Assembly (NCBI GenBank): GCA_905331295.1
Contig: CAJNYD010000459.1
Coordinates: 248,001 to 287,936, forward strand
DNA length: 39,936 nt
Direction: 5' to 3'
Source: Rotaria socialis
Taxonomy: Eukaryota
The position numbers were made by a program, and so were the translations under genes. The notes under the pieces were generated by a model, which searched no databases, was not told the DNA's origin, and saw nothing but the letters and a program-made list of their open reading frames with translations. This document shows positions 25,765 through 38,551 of the stretch, piece by piece (positions within the stretch are counted from its first letter, which is position 1; the number at the start of each line of letters is the position of its first letter).

Positions 25765-26062
25765 CCCAGGTCGAACACTCCGGTCTGGAAGCGGCCGGTT
25801 CTGGATAATTCCGTTGATTTTGTGGAAGCAGTATTCCGGTTGGAAATTTTTCGGATTTTTTTCCGATGATTTCCGATCAATTCCTGCCGGAAAGCACCGG
25901 AACTTGGCATGAATCCGCCGGAAAAGTTCGACCGGATTTTTGACCGGAATACTGCTTCCATGTTTCAGCGATTTCCCGTGTTTTCCTGCAGGATACGGTG
26001 ACTTTCCCGCATATTTCCTGGAGTATCCTACGGGATCCGGTGGCCGGAATGCTCGATCTGGG
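25765..26062. mobile_element. GC-rich non-autonomous DNA transposon (MITE) with CCCAG termini, possibly CMC/EnSpm-type
   Basis: Left CCCAGGTCGAACACTCCGG versus reverse complement of the right end CCCAGATCGAGCATTCCGG (16/19); ten CCGG motifs; sharp GC contrast with the surroundings; TSD not clean (AG/AC). Confidence 0.75.
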
Positions 26063-26077
26063 ACTAAGCATCCAGCA

Positions 26078-26844
26078 TTGACTCGATGGTGTCATATTGT
26101 TTTACATCATGCCTTTTTTCCTCTTACATTGTTAGAGTTTCTACGAGTGCGACAGCTTAAATTTTCAACTGAATACGAAATAGTTTGTGCTCTTTGTTCA
26201 TGACAATATTTTCAATTCTAAATCAAATGTTTAATGAAGTAGCTTTTCTCTAGTCATTCAATTTCGCAATTTTCCAGTACACGTTTCAGCATGTCACTGT
26301 AAAAACATATCATATTTGAAAACAATACAAAAACAAAAAAACGCAGTTAACTTGAATAATTTTTGAATTCTTTCCACGATCGTTGGTCCTTTTAAGTTAA
26401 AATTTGTGATCTCTCTCGGAGATATTTGAAACGATGAAGTTCATGAAAATACCAAATTACCCCAGCAAATACAGTTTGATTCCTACGAAAAGTCAACTCT
26501 AGTAAAAGAAAGGAATTACTAGATTTTTTATTGATTGTTTCGATGCACTTCTTGAGGTTGTTTCTTTGGTTTGTTTTCATATATAATGTCTTTTCGCGAT
26601 GTCATGCTACAACATCTACTCAAATGTTAGTAAAAAAACAAACTTGCAAAAAAAAATTTCACGTACAGTAGTTAAAGAAAAGCTACTTCAATAAACATTT
26701 GATTTAGAATTGAAAATATTGTCATGAACAAAGAGCACAAACTATTTCGTATTCAGTTGAAAATTTAAGCTGTCGCACTAGTAGAGACTAGCGATATAAG
26801 AGGAAGAAGACACAATGTAAAACAATATGACACCATCGCGTGAA
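26078..26844. mobile_element. Foldback/MITE element with about 170-bp terminal inverted repeats
   Basis: 26078-26249 is the reverse complement of 26676-26844, nearly identical over the core gtgcgacagcttaaattttcaactgaatacgaaatagtttgtgctctttgttcatgacaatattttcaattctaaatcaaatgttta; flanked by CA and TA (possible mutated TA TSD). Confidence 0.85.
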
Positions 26845-27647
26845 TACTTGGTACTTACTGATAAAAAACAAAAATGCGATCATGTAATAAGAGCATTCAG
26901 ATACTGATAGACAAAAAGATGTTGTAATGCAGGGATCTTCGTCCAGTAAATTAGAATCATATGTCGAAGATCTTTCAGAGAGAGAGAGCTTCAGATGTTT
27001 CAATTTTCTCGAGATCCTTAAGGAACGAATGATACTTGTAATAAAGTCGCATTTCTTCGATTCATTATAGATACTCCACAATAAAAAACGGTGGCCGGAT
27101 TATGCAATACTAACAATATCTGTATTATAAAATGCAATATAATTTTAAAATAAAGAAAACAGAGTGCTTATGAATTCAAGAGTACTTTGTTTTCCATATT
27201 CAAAGTTTGAGCATAAACCATTTTTTAGTTTTAAATGGTATTGTGAAATTACCAGGTGCTATTTAAAACGAAATTAAAAAAATGCGTGAAACGAGTAGCT
27301 GCTATTGTCAGATAACTTTTGCTTGCATTCATCTCTCATTGGACGCTATTAACGTTTATAAATAGATGCACCTATGCGCGCACGTCTATTCTGTTGGTTT
27401 AAAATTCGCGTGCATTGAGCCTTGATAAACCTTACACGCAAGTGCATTCTTCACGACACGAAGCAATCGAGCCCATTGCAATAATTTGCATGCTCTAGCC
27501 ATGTTTCCTTTTTTTTTAAATTAATATATATTATCTATAAATTTACACTTAACAATTATATTGGATCGGGAAAAGATGAACAAGTTTCTTTTTTGTTAAG
27601 CAGAATGGTATGAATTTTAGTTCATCAATTTTCGTTTATTTTTTAAA

Positions 27648-28525
27648 TTATTGTTGAAGAAATGAAAGAAGACCTTGTTGTTTCAAATTTTCAATGATTG
27701 CTAATGCGTTTGGTACAACAGTAAGAGCTGCTTGCACGAAATTTTTAATTAAACTTTGTACTAATTGTTGAAACATTTCGCTCATGGTTGCAACGAGTGA
27801 ATCAATATTTTGAGTATATTGATGAAGAATTTGTACCCATTCACCTGGAACGGTAACTGCATATGTTTCTAATTCTTGTTTGGTTTCAGCAGCCAATTGA
27901 TTGATTTTTTTATGAACTTCATCCATACGATTATAGAATGCTCGAATTTTATCTTCAATGTTCTTTTCTCCTTTTTGTAAAGCATCTATAGCTTCGCTTT
28001 CCATTTCAAATAAACCGTTATATAAATCATGAAGTTGGGTTTTAAAACGACCTGTTAATTCAGTATACTTTTCTGAAAGAATAGTTTTTGGTAATACTGA
28101 ACGACGACCAATAGCGCTAACAATATTTCCGAATTTATCATCAAGAAATAATTGTCCACCTGAACAAAAAATCGAACAGACTTCTTTTTCTAATGTTTTG
28201 AATAAAACAAAATTGTTTTACCTTCAACAAACAGATCATAAGCAGGACCAAATATATTATCCCAAAGAAAATTAGATGCAAATTGAATTCCATTGGCAGT
28301 GTCGACTAATTGTCCGTAAATATTTCCAGCACTATCGACAACATTGCCGATTACGTTATTAACATGATTTGTAGCACCATTCCATAAATTTGAAGCTGTT
28401 TGACCTATCTGATTGGTAACTGTTTGGATTGTATTACCAACATTATTAAGTAAATTGCTGATAGGTCCCAAAATGCCACCATGTGCTGAACCAACAAGAA
28501 GAAGTATAAGAAGAAGTGAACGCAT
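27648..28525 (-). CDS. Secreted amphipathic alpha-helical protein (271 aa; apolipoprotein-like pattern) with an internal GRR motif; exons 28222-28525 and 27648-28159
   Basis: Signal peptide MRSLLLILLLVGSAHG; a 62-nt phase-1 intron joins the two ORF-track ORFs via GGQLFLDDKFGNIVSAIGRRSVLPKTILSEKY; no Cys. Confidence 0.85.
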
Positions 28526-29811
28526 CGCTTTCGAATTTGATAGTGTAAAGTAACATGCAAATGTTTGAGGGCTTTTCTATTGATATTGGATCGGAAGGAT
28601 TCTATTTATCACTGATGAGAATCTATAACAGATGGAAATCCAGTAATGGTTCGATTATTGTTTTCATATTATTTTCGTAAATGCAATACAATATTCTGTT
28701 GATAATAATTGCTTGTTCGTGTCCAGAGAATATTTCCAGATGATGCATTTTAAAGTCAATTGATAAAGATAAGAAAAATCTATGCTTGTTAAACGTCCGC
28801 ATAGGGTCTGCACTTGAATGGCACGAGTCTCTGATAGGAGAAGTAGATGCGGAGGTGGGTGATTTCGAAAAAGGAATGTTTACATTGTTATTCATAAAAT
28901 TTTACAATCTTTTATTCTACTTCACTATTTCTGCTATAATTGTCATGATGAAAACTTTTTTTTTTTTGTTAACATTCCATTTCAAAGATATTTCAATACT
29001 TAACAATACATATTGTTCTTATTGATTGATGCCCACAATAGGTATTTTTCATATGTTACACCTTTTTTGAGTATTTTACAACCAATTTTAAGATTTTAAC
29101 GAGTATAATTGGCGTTTTATGAAATTCATATTTTAGAAAAAAATTCTGTTATTTTATAATAAAGATGAGCTATAACAATGATATTTCAATTTCTCAAGTC
29201 AAATTTCAATAAATTGTAACTGATGTTTATAATAATAAACAGAATACTATAGTGTACTCTGACATTGACTAGATATACTCGAATAATACACAGTGGAATG
29301 TTCGAAAACACTTGCCATATGACACAAATATGAAAGATAATAAAATATCCTCTGAAAAATGGCTTAGGGCTGTTAGCAGCTTGTCATGTCAATCACTCAG
29401 AAAAGTTTCTATGGACTCATCAATGTAATATTTATACGCCTATTTAATCTTAATATACATATGCCGCGATAGGAGATTATGATGTTATATGTATGAGTTC
29501 GTACACGTCTAGAAAGTTTTCATTTATTTGCGTAATTATATCAGCTAGTCGATGCTGTTGATATAGATGTCCTTCTTAATGATACATCGGTTTTCTTGAA
29601 CAATGACGACAAGAACTTCGTACACATTTATAGAAGGAGAATAGTTTATAACTATCTGTCTTCTGAACTCGTTTGTATTTCCATATATATCTAATCAATC
29701 AACTCCTCAATGGTATCATTGAATTACAAGGACTTCTTTTTTTTTCTTTTCTCTTAAACAATAAATATCATCAGTAAGAAAGATCGAGACAGTATCATTT
29801 AGTTAGGATAA

Positions 29812-32151
29812 ATGGCTTTCGCAAAATGTCTGTTTTATATTCTCCTTCTATATGGAATAGTTTCGTTAGCATCAACCACAAAACGTCGTCCATTAGTATT
29901 TGTTTTATGTTTAAAAGGTTTTCGATGGGATTTACCATATTCGTATTCTCATCTACCGCATTTTCGTCGTCTTGCTGCAATAGGTTCACGAGCATTATGG
30001 GTTGACTCAGAATTTGGTGGTAGCCAAACGAACATTCTTAGTCTTATGTCAGGTCTTCATGTTGAACATCATGGACGACGTGATTTTATTGAAACAATAC
30101 CTGTTATCAATGAACATGTTGGTGGTCATACACGTCTATTTCATTGGCCATGGTTTGATCGACAACGAAATAATTCACTTTATGAACATTTCCGTACGGG
30201 ACGTAAAGGTCAGCCAGAAATAATTGAATCTTATTCAAATCGTGGTCGAATGTCTTTACAACGTCTTATAAGACATTTAACTTCAATGACAAATAGTTTA
30301 ACCGATGATAATGATCGAACGAATCTTGTGATGAGCTTTATTGATGAACCATTTATAACATTGATGCGTCATGGAATGCATTCTGATGGCATTCGTCGAA
30401 CAATGCTTAATATTGATCGACTTATTGGACGATTATTATCAATAACAACAAAGAAAAATATTAATTTAGTTATTCTTGGTGATCATGGCGTTGAACAACT
30501 TGATTGCCGTCAAGCAATTGATTTATATAGTATTATAAATCAAGTACAATTAAATTTTTATACTGATCAATATAGTGGCACTAGTTTTAGCTTTGTAGTT
30601 TATCCAAAATCAGGTTATACAAAAAAAAAGCACTTTATCTTTTTATCCTAATAGATAATGAATTCTCTTTTTCAATCTACTGCACATATTTTGAAGTACA
30701 GTGGGATTCAATATGGCGTTTGAGTTTGATAAATGTTTTGCTAGATTCAGTGAACTCATTATGAAAGAATTCAATTTAGAAATACTTTATAGATATAAAA
30801 TAAAACAAAGAATGAGGCCAATACATGTCGAAAACATATTTTGATCTAATTTTATGAATAATGTGAACTAAAATACCACATGCGTACGTTGTTGTCAGTT
30901 TATATTTGATTAATTTACAGAAACTCAAAAACCCTGAATTTGATGGCCTGCTCCTAACATCATTCTAGTTCATTCGAGGATAGCAGGCATACGCAGCTGT
31001 TAGCTCTTCGAGTATTTATTCGGAAACAATATTTTTAATGAGGTGAAAAACGTCGTTAATCATCTGCCAAAATTTGTTTTGTTTTTAAACATGTTACTCA
31101 TCACGAAATCACTATTTTAAGATCATCTTAGTACTAAATTATAGGAGAATATCTGATTAAAAGGCTAAGAAAGTCATAAGTCGCTAAATGTTTTTTCTAG
31201 AATAAAAAAGATGTAGGGAAAACAAATATTAGTTCTGAAGGTCGAATGTAATTGGAAACCTAAAAATAAATTTTATTTAGAAATGAAAACATTCTTTTAA
31301 TATAAATACAGCAAATCATGAAAGATAAAGATGAACGATTTTTTTTCTAAGGATAGACGAGTATTATCCGTATATGCGCAAAATTTCAGACCGAATTATA
31401 TGAAGACCGTAATCTTGAAGAGAAACAACACAAAAGGAACCCTACATGATAATGTTTTATTTTCTTTTTAAAGATTTTGCTCGACAACTTTTACTGGCTC
31501 AATTTAAAAAGATACCTGATGAACAAATACAAATTCATTTGAATGATATCGATCAATTCCCACCGAAACTTCGATTGCCAACCACCACTGATAAGCCATC
31601 GCCGATTATTATATTTGCAAAAGAAAAATTTTATTTTTCATATGATACAGAACAAAATTCAGATCATTGCGAAAAAACCGATAAAAATTGCGAACAATCA
31701 GGTAACCTATGATTTCTTGTCATACGAAATAATCCATGTAATTACTTGTTTTTCTATAGTCCTAGTCGATCACAGTAATGATCCTCATCGTCTTTCGATG
31801 CGGACAGCTCTTTTTGGCGTTGGACCATTCTTTAAAAAAGGATATATCAACGAACCAGTTCTTATGACAGATGTATATGCACTATTAAGACAAATTCTTT
31901 GTCTTTCACCATTTCCTTCGTCACGCGGAAATTTATTTCATATACATAACATGCTTGATTTAACATCTCTCTCAAATACATGTGCTCATTTGTATTTATC
32001 AAGTCTCAATATGATAAAATCTGTTTCATCACGATCGATTATTCAAAATACGACAATCACTAATGAATTAACATTAGTTTATATTAATATAACAGAAAAA
32101 TATCGAAAACCATCTCCTAATATTATTAAAATGCAGATTACTATCTATTGA
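29812..32151 (+). CDS. Ectonucleotide pyrophosphatase/phosphodiesterase (ENPP, alkaline phosphatase superfamily)-like protein, probably inactive, about 473 aa; exons 29812-30613, 31474-31701, 31760-32151
   Basis: Signal peptide; PLVFVLCLKGFRWD, LPHFRRLAAIG, SGLHVEHHG, FHWP, IDRLIGRL, NLVILGDHG, MRTALFGVGPFFKKG and DVYALL follow the type I phosphodiesterase motif order. Confidence 0.85.
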
Positions 32152-32903
32152 ACGAATTCTAGTATAGTCTTTTGATCTCAAATTCAAGTTGCAATTTCGA
32201 TTTTCTTTTCATTTTTAATGGTTTTTGCTTATTTGTATTATTTTTTATGCAATAAAAGATTTTTACTTTATGTTACTTTATGTTCATAGACATGCCAACA
32301 TCTGTCCTAATTCATTCGCTATGAAAAAAGAAACAGTTAATAATCATCATCAGTGATGTATGTTTTTCTGCATTCGTAACACTGGTCATTTGTAACGTTT
32401 TTTTTTAAGCTAATATATATTTCTTTATAAGTAGTAGCTATCGTAGACTAATAGAGATATAATTTAAGTTTTATTCTCCGCATATTTACAAATGAAATAA
32501 CTATCCAATTACAAACTGAATACTCAAATGGCTCGAGGAAAAATTTTAGTTAATCGTCAGTACTGAAATCGTTTATTAGCTACCCTGTCTTAATAAAAAA
32601 AGCATTACTAAAAAATCAGATAAGCTGAAGTAAAATGAAAATTTTAACATCAATATAGAGGCAAAAAAAAAACAATGAATAACTTATCATATCTATGATC
32701 CACGATAAATAATATAAATTCTATATTGTTCTTTAGCAAGCGTCCACTTATATTGATCGTATATATGTGGCAAGCGGGTTTGGAATTTAGTTGAGTTTGG
32801 AATAGCTTTTTCTTAATTTTTTTAATAGAATTTTTGTTGAGATCTGCCTTTAGAAAATTTTGTATTGATAATTATTCCTTCCATCTTTTTACAAGGTTTT
32901 CAT

Positions 32904-33084
32904 ATAAATTCAACTCTCTGTACATTTGTTAAACAATGGGGGCATGGGGACATTGAATTTATCTGAGAAAAATAAATTTTGTATTTTTATTTCTCAATGA
33001 TAAATTCTCTCTCTCTGTATTTTTCAAACAATGGGGACATGGGGACATTGAATTTATCCGAGAAAAATAAATTTTTTTATTTAT
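32904..33084. repeat. Two-copy tandem duplication, unit about 96 bp
   Basis: ataaatt...ctctctgta...aaacaatgggg(g/a)catggggacattgaatttatc(t/c)gagaaaaataaatttt occurs starting near 32904 and again near 33000. Confidence 0.8.
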
Positions 33085-33776
33085 ACAACTTTTATAAATC
33101 AAATATAAAAATGTACTAAACATCCTTGTAATACCATCTGATGATTAATTCAGAGGAGATTAATTATATTATGACTCATACCGGTAGAATTTAAATAAAA
33201 CAAAAATTTTATTATTATTATTATACATAAAGCACAAGGTAATCATTTACCTATAATTTCTTTCATTCATTCGATTCAATTTAATAGTAAAATCTTTTTT
33301 CCTTTTAAATATATTTTATTTTATGAAACACGAGCAGGGGGGAAAAAAAGAAATTCAAATAATTTTATTTCGCGCATTCCAATCTCAACTGAAATTCTCA
33401 TGTCAACTGTGACATATATAAGAATTCGTTTTCAGAAAAAGTAACTACGCAACCCATTCGCTAACCTTCACTAAAGAGCAAACGATCTTATTATTTCTGT
33501 CTTTTTTTTGTATGTTCACATAACTAACTACATAAGATGATCGTTGTCGATGAATATAATTTAATAAAGGCCATGAACGGGTAGAATCTAGCTATCCTCT
33601 TATTACTAGTTGATGACAAAATCGATTCATGATATAAAATGATAGAGTGAGAGACTTCTATAACCTAGAGCATTGATAAGAGTTATGTTTGCTCAATTAA
33701 TTTTGTTCAGTTTTTTATTTTCGCATTGTTTAACTATAAAAAATAAGCCTTACAACATATGTGAAAAAAGAAATTT

Positions 33777-34517
33777 ATGTCAAGTAAGTAAAATTTTATT
33801 CATGAATAGAAACTAATGTGAATATTTCTTTTATATCGTAGAAAAAATTGGAATTATGTCAGCCAGTTGTTATGCATTGCCATAATGAGTCTTGTCGGTA
33901 TCGACTTTTTAATTCGTGTAATTATTTCAAGAAAAACAACTATTTTGAAGATTATCTTTCGGTTCTATTTCTAGACAATACTCAACGTTCATTGTATTCA
34001 CGTTGGCTTTATGATCCGAATCAGCAAAGTTGCCGTCGATATCATAGTCAAATAGGAGATTTTGTTCATTTTCAATTTTTACGCGACTGCCAACGTTTAT
34101 GTCCAATATCACGAAGGAGACAGATTGAAAAAATCAGTAAATACAATTTGATGCTTGTAAAAATAAATATCTATTTTTTATTTTTCTGTTTCAAAGTTAG
34201 TCTTCATGTAGCTGATACTGATTTTCAATATAGCGATACTGTCTATATTCATCTTTATATTGATCTTTCTCCAAGTTGGGTTTATCCGTTCACGACTACA
34301 ATGGCAACTAGCATAAGTGATGACCAATTACAAACAGATTATTTGAGAAGTACGTCATTTTTCTTAAAGTTCTACGATATTTTCGTTCGCTCTTGATCTT
34401 CTTTGTTTTTTTCTTTTTTAAGACTATCGACGTCATTTTACAAATTTTATCGATCGACCGCACCAGTTTATACTTGATCGCCATGAACATATTAGAAACA
34501 GGAATTATTGGTCATAG
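33777..34517 (+). CDS. Small probably secreted or membrane-anchored protein (about 166 aa) with a partial Kunitz/BPTI-like motif; exons 33777-33787, 33842-33897, 33951-34136, 34197-34349, 34423-34517
   Basis: Phase-consistent GT-AG introns of 53-73 nt give MSSKKNWNYVSQLLCIAIMSLVDYLSVLFLDNTQRSLYSRWLYDPNQQSCRRYHSQIGDFVHFQFLRDCQRLCP...NRNYWS*. Confidence 0.55.
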
Positions 34518-37080
34518 CACATTGCCTGTTTTTTGAACTTCTCCATTAAATAATGCTGTCGCTTTCAATATTGAATATGCTCTTCGCAATGGAAGATTTC
34601 TCCTCAATTTATTTATTAATATCTAGGAAAATAGAGAAATTAGAAGCTTTAATTACTACATCTACATCACGATATGCCTGAATTTCAAGTTGTTTTAACT
34701 GAAAAATCTCAAAAGACTCAAATGAACAAACCTCTTTGATCCATAATATTATAATAGTCATTTCTAAAGTCTTGAAAACGCTCGAGCATTTTTTTAAAAG
34801 TTTTAACATTTTCTAAAGCTAATAAGACAAAAGAAAACGCCCCGACGGAAAATTTCTACACCTAGATTAATTAGAGCATTGGGAGTCTTCTATTGCGAAG
34901 AGAAATTCAGTTGTACTGTGTTTGATGTTGCTTATTTTAAAGACAAAATAAATAAAAGATATGGAATCATCATAACATGTGCTCTTTATAATATGTTAAT
35001 AAATGACATCTTTGTATGAAATCAACAGCACGAGCACATACTTAAAACAAAAATAGAGTTTTTTTTTCTCAAGGATAAATGCTCTTTTCGTATTGATTTC
35101 TATTAATGATACGTAATCTAATTTCATTCAATGAAATTTATAAGGTTCTACAATTAAATTAGTATAATAAGGATGAGTTTCTTCAATTACAAATGTATCG
35201 AGTAATATATTCCTATTAACCTTGATAAATTAATATATATAATAACGCGATAGGTTTTCACATCGATCATCATGAGCATCAATTCATGTCAAATTCAAAG
35301 ATAAAGATATTACTCGATCATAAGAATTTATCACTTGATGACGTGTAAAAGATTAAAGTCAATGAATTATCTTCAAACACGTAAAATAAAGTGTGCTCAT
35401 TATTCTCTATATAGACGTATAAACAGGTAAACGAAGGATAAAAAATTAACCATCGAGCTAATTTATATTGCCGAACGAGAATCTTCATTTAAGCTCATCG
35501 TTTTTTAACAAGCACAATTATACAATGTTGTTAGTGTAAGTCTAAGAATATTCTTCCATAATGCCTTTCATCCAAAATCATGATACTATCAATTGACGTT
35601 TTAACTTCTAAGAAAACAGCTTGAAAAATAGTTAAACAAAGTAACTCAGGCCAAAAGACATTTTTTGGTCTGCTGCATATATCGAATATTGAAGCAAATT
35701 CTATAACATTGTGCAGGTAACGTGGAGCCTATTTATTAATTGAATTTCAGGTTAACATTGCAATAAAACAATCATAACTTCTAAAACAATGCTTCATTGT
35801 ACCACTTCTAGTAGACTTTTTTTTCTATCGTATTTAATTGTACCTGTAAGAAAACTATAAATTTGAACGGAGATTATTAGTTTGGAATGCGCTGTCTGGG
35901 AAGTTGAGAGTATCGAGGATGCCTGGAAACGACCTTACGATATATCGAACAAATGAACATCATTACATGACTCACTGTTACATAGTATGTAACGATAATC
36001 AGAGAGGTTCTATTTGTCATTGGCGCTGAATAAGTATCACTAGTAATGTACATTTATAACATCGAATAAACATTTTTTGCAAGAATAAACAAGAAGAAAA
36101 TAGAACAATTTAAAAGAAACCGCAGTGATCAGTAGTTGAATATTAGAATAATCAACAAAAAAAGTATTTTCTATAAAATCAATCGTCGCCATATGTAAAA
36201 TTGTGATACACCGAGACCCGTTTTCTCAGTATCATTTTCAGGGGTTTCATTATCAAGTTTTTGAAATCTTCAACTAACAACAATGCGAAGCTAAAGGCTC
36301 AAGTACTGAATCAGAATCCACGAGTAATCACATCAACCAATGATCTCAATCTTACTCCATATTCTATTAAAAATTATTCAATAAAAGCGCTCTTAGAAAA
36401 AAGAATTTGTCACGTCCAACTTCGATTTAGCTAAATACTATTACAGCAGACGAAAATTAAAATAGAAAGATGGATTGAAATTTCAAACGATAATCAGATT
36501 GAGTAAAAGTTTTATGGAAAATAATTATTTTTCTTATGAAATATAATATTATCATCGAATACGTGATGGAGCAGTCGGATCCTCTGTTCTTCATCAAACT
36601 TGTGGATCAATAGAATTATTATTGCTGCCCTTTTTCTATGAATAAGCATTGTTATATACATCTAATACTAATATATATGTTTATATAAGTAAAATAAAAG
36701 CTTATTTGAAATCAATTCAATGCCTACTGGAATAAATACTTCATTATTTACATGGAAAAACAAATGCAATAAAATGTATAACAATTTCAATATTATATTT
36801 AAACATTTTCTCTAAATGATGTAGTATAAATAATATTGACCAAAATAAAAGATTTTTATATCAACTTAAAAATAAATCATATTTTCCTTTTTTCCTCCAT
36901 TTTTAATATTTTGCGCTATTGATGCGAACATTTTCAAACAATAATATTGATGCTGTTTGTTTTCAATATTTATTATTAATCATACTGTAAGGGCTCATGA
37001 AGCCGTCAATTAATGCATAATAAAAAAACATTTATTATTAATCATAAAGCATAGCATCTAACCTCTCAGATGGAGGCTTA

Positions 37081-37276
37081 CACAGTTCGAATACAGTCGT
37101 ATACGATCGTAAACGGATAAATACGTAGACCGTATACTGACTCAGTTTACTAGGATTGTAAACAATCATTTTCTTTCCTCTGTGTGATCGTATTCCTCCA
37201 TATACGATCGTAAACGACCATGCTTGTTCTACCTGCGCTGATATGATACATTGTGGTGTCATGTTGACGACCTGAT
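37081..37276. mobile_element. Degenerate MITE remnant with ATACGATCGTAAACG repeats
   Basis: tatacgatcgtaaacg occurs near 37100 and 37201; left end CACAGTTCGAATAC resembles the CCCAGGTCGAACAC terminus at 25765; right end ...CGACCTG. Confidence 0.4.
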
Positions 37277-38551
37277 CAACTTATCGACATGAAACTACAA
37301 CATCTAACATCAGATTATAATTAATGTATTTTAATAAATGATAGATATTGAAAACCAGCAACAACAAGATCAATATCATTCTTTCAAAATGTCCTCGTTG
37401 TTAAAACGCAATATTAGAAACGGACAAAAATATTATTTATTTGACAGAGTATCATTTTTGCTACATCAGCTATTAAGAAAAATAGTTATTCGCAGAGGAA
37501 AGCATTTCATTTTCAATGAATATTATTATTATTTTATTCGTGAATCAAATAGAAAAAAAAGCATTAACATACATACGCTTATGAAGTTTAAATCTCTCAC
37601 AAGGATCACTTGTTAAGTGAACAGTTATTCCTAACGTTACATAATTTTAACTGAACGCAAATTATTTGCTTTGAACATTTTCTACAGAGTCATTAATGTT
37701 CGAATTTAGACATTCTGATTATATGAAAATGCGTTCGACGTAGCAAAATAATGTTGTCTATAATGCATGCATTTCATATATCCGACTGTTTCAACAGCAA
37801 TCATAACAGAATCGTTTTATAATCACTTTAAGGATCATAGGTGAAAGATGCTTAGTCAATGTTTTTGATAACAGATAGAAATCCTTCTAAAAAATTCAAT
37901 ATTTCTCTGCGATTTTATCATGACAAGTTTTCTCATTTCACTCGACATACATCATCATTCATTCCAATTGTTTTAAAAGAGAATATTAAGATATTGATAA
38001 TTAATTGATAAGATAAAGGTAGAAAATAAAACGATTATATAAAAAACTAATGAACAGAAAAGAAATGTTCGTTGGAATTCATCGTTTAATATTTGTCTGT
38101 ATGACGTGCACTGATGTTTGGCTCTAACTAGAATGAAACAAACAAAAGCCAGCTAATGATGAGAACTGAATACATTAGAATCAAGAAGAAAATGTGAGAG
38201 AAATTGAAATGCCTGAAAATAAAAACAACTTACCGGTCTGGAGCACTGCTCTAGTCAGACTTCAATCACAATCCAATAGCATACAAAATGGATATGTAAC
38301 ATGACAGGGAATCGCAGGAGGTCACAACAGTTCTGAATTCTCCTAACAAAATTTTCATACAAAAATTTTGATCATTACAAGCTATTAATCCTCAATGGAT
38401 TGACACATCTGTGATCGAAAAGTAAACGTTCAGTTTATACGAAGATTCCGTTGAAGTATTTTTAGTTACTAACATTGAACTATTCGAAATCAACTATGTG
38501 CTTTGTCACTGTATGGTAAAGGAATAATTCATACCAAAATTGTATTCAGAT

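Noticed and set aside
25761..27081. Short ORFs across the two MITEs, two sharing TRWCHIVLH
   Set aside because: The shared peptide arises from the inverted repeat; no transposase motifs.
38228..38410. Strong minus-strand donor CCG|GTAAGT with an exon-like block
   Set aside because: No open frame leads into the donor and no partner exon was found; could be non-coding but is unsupported.
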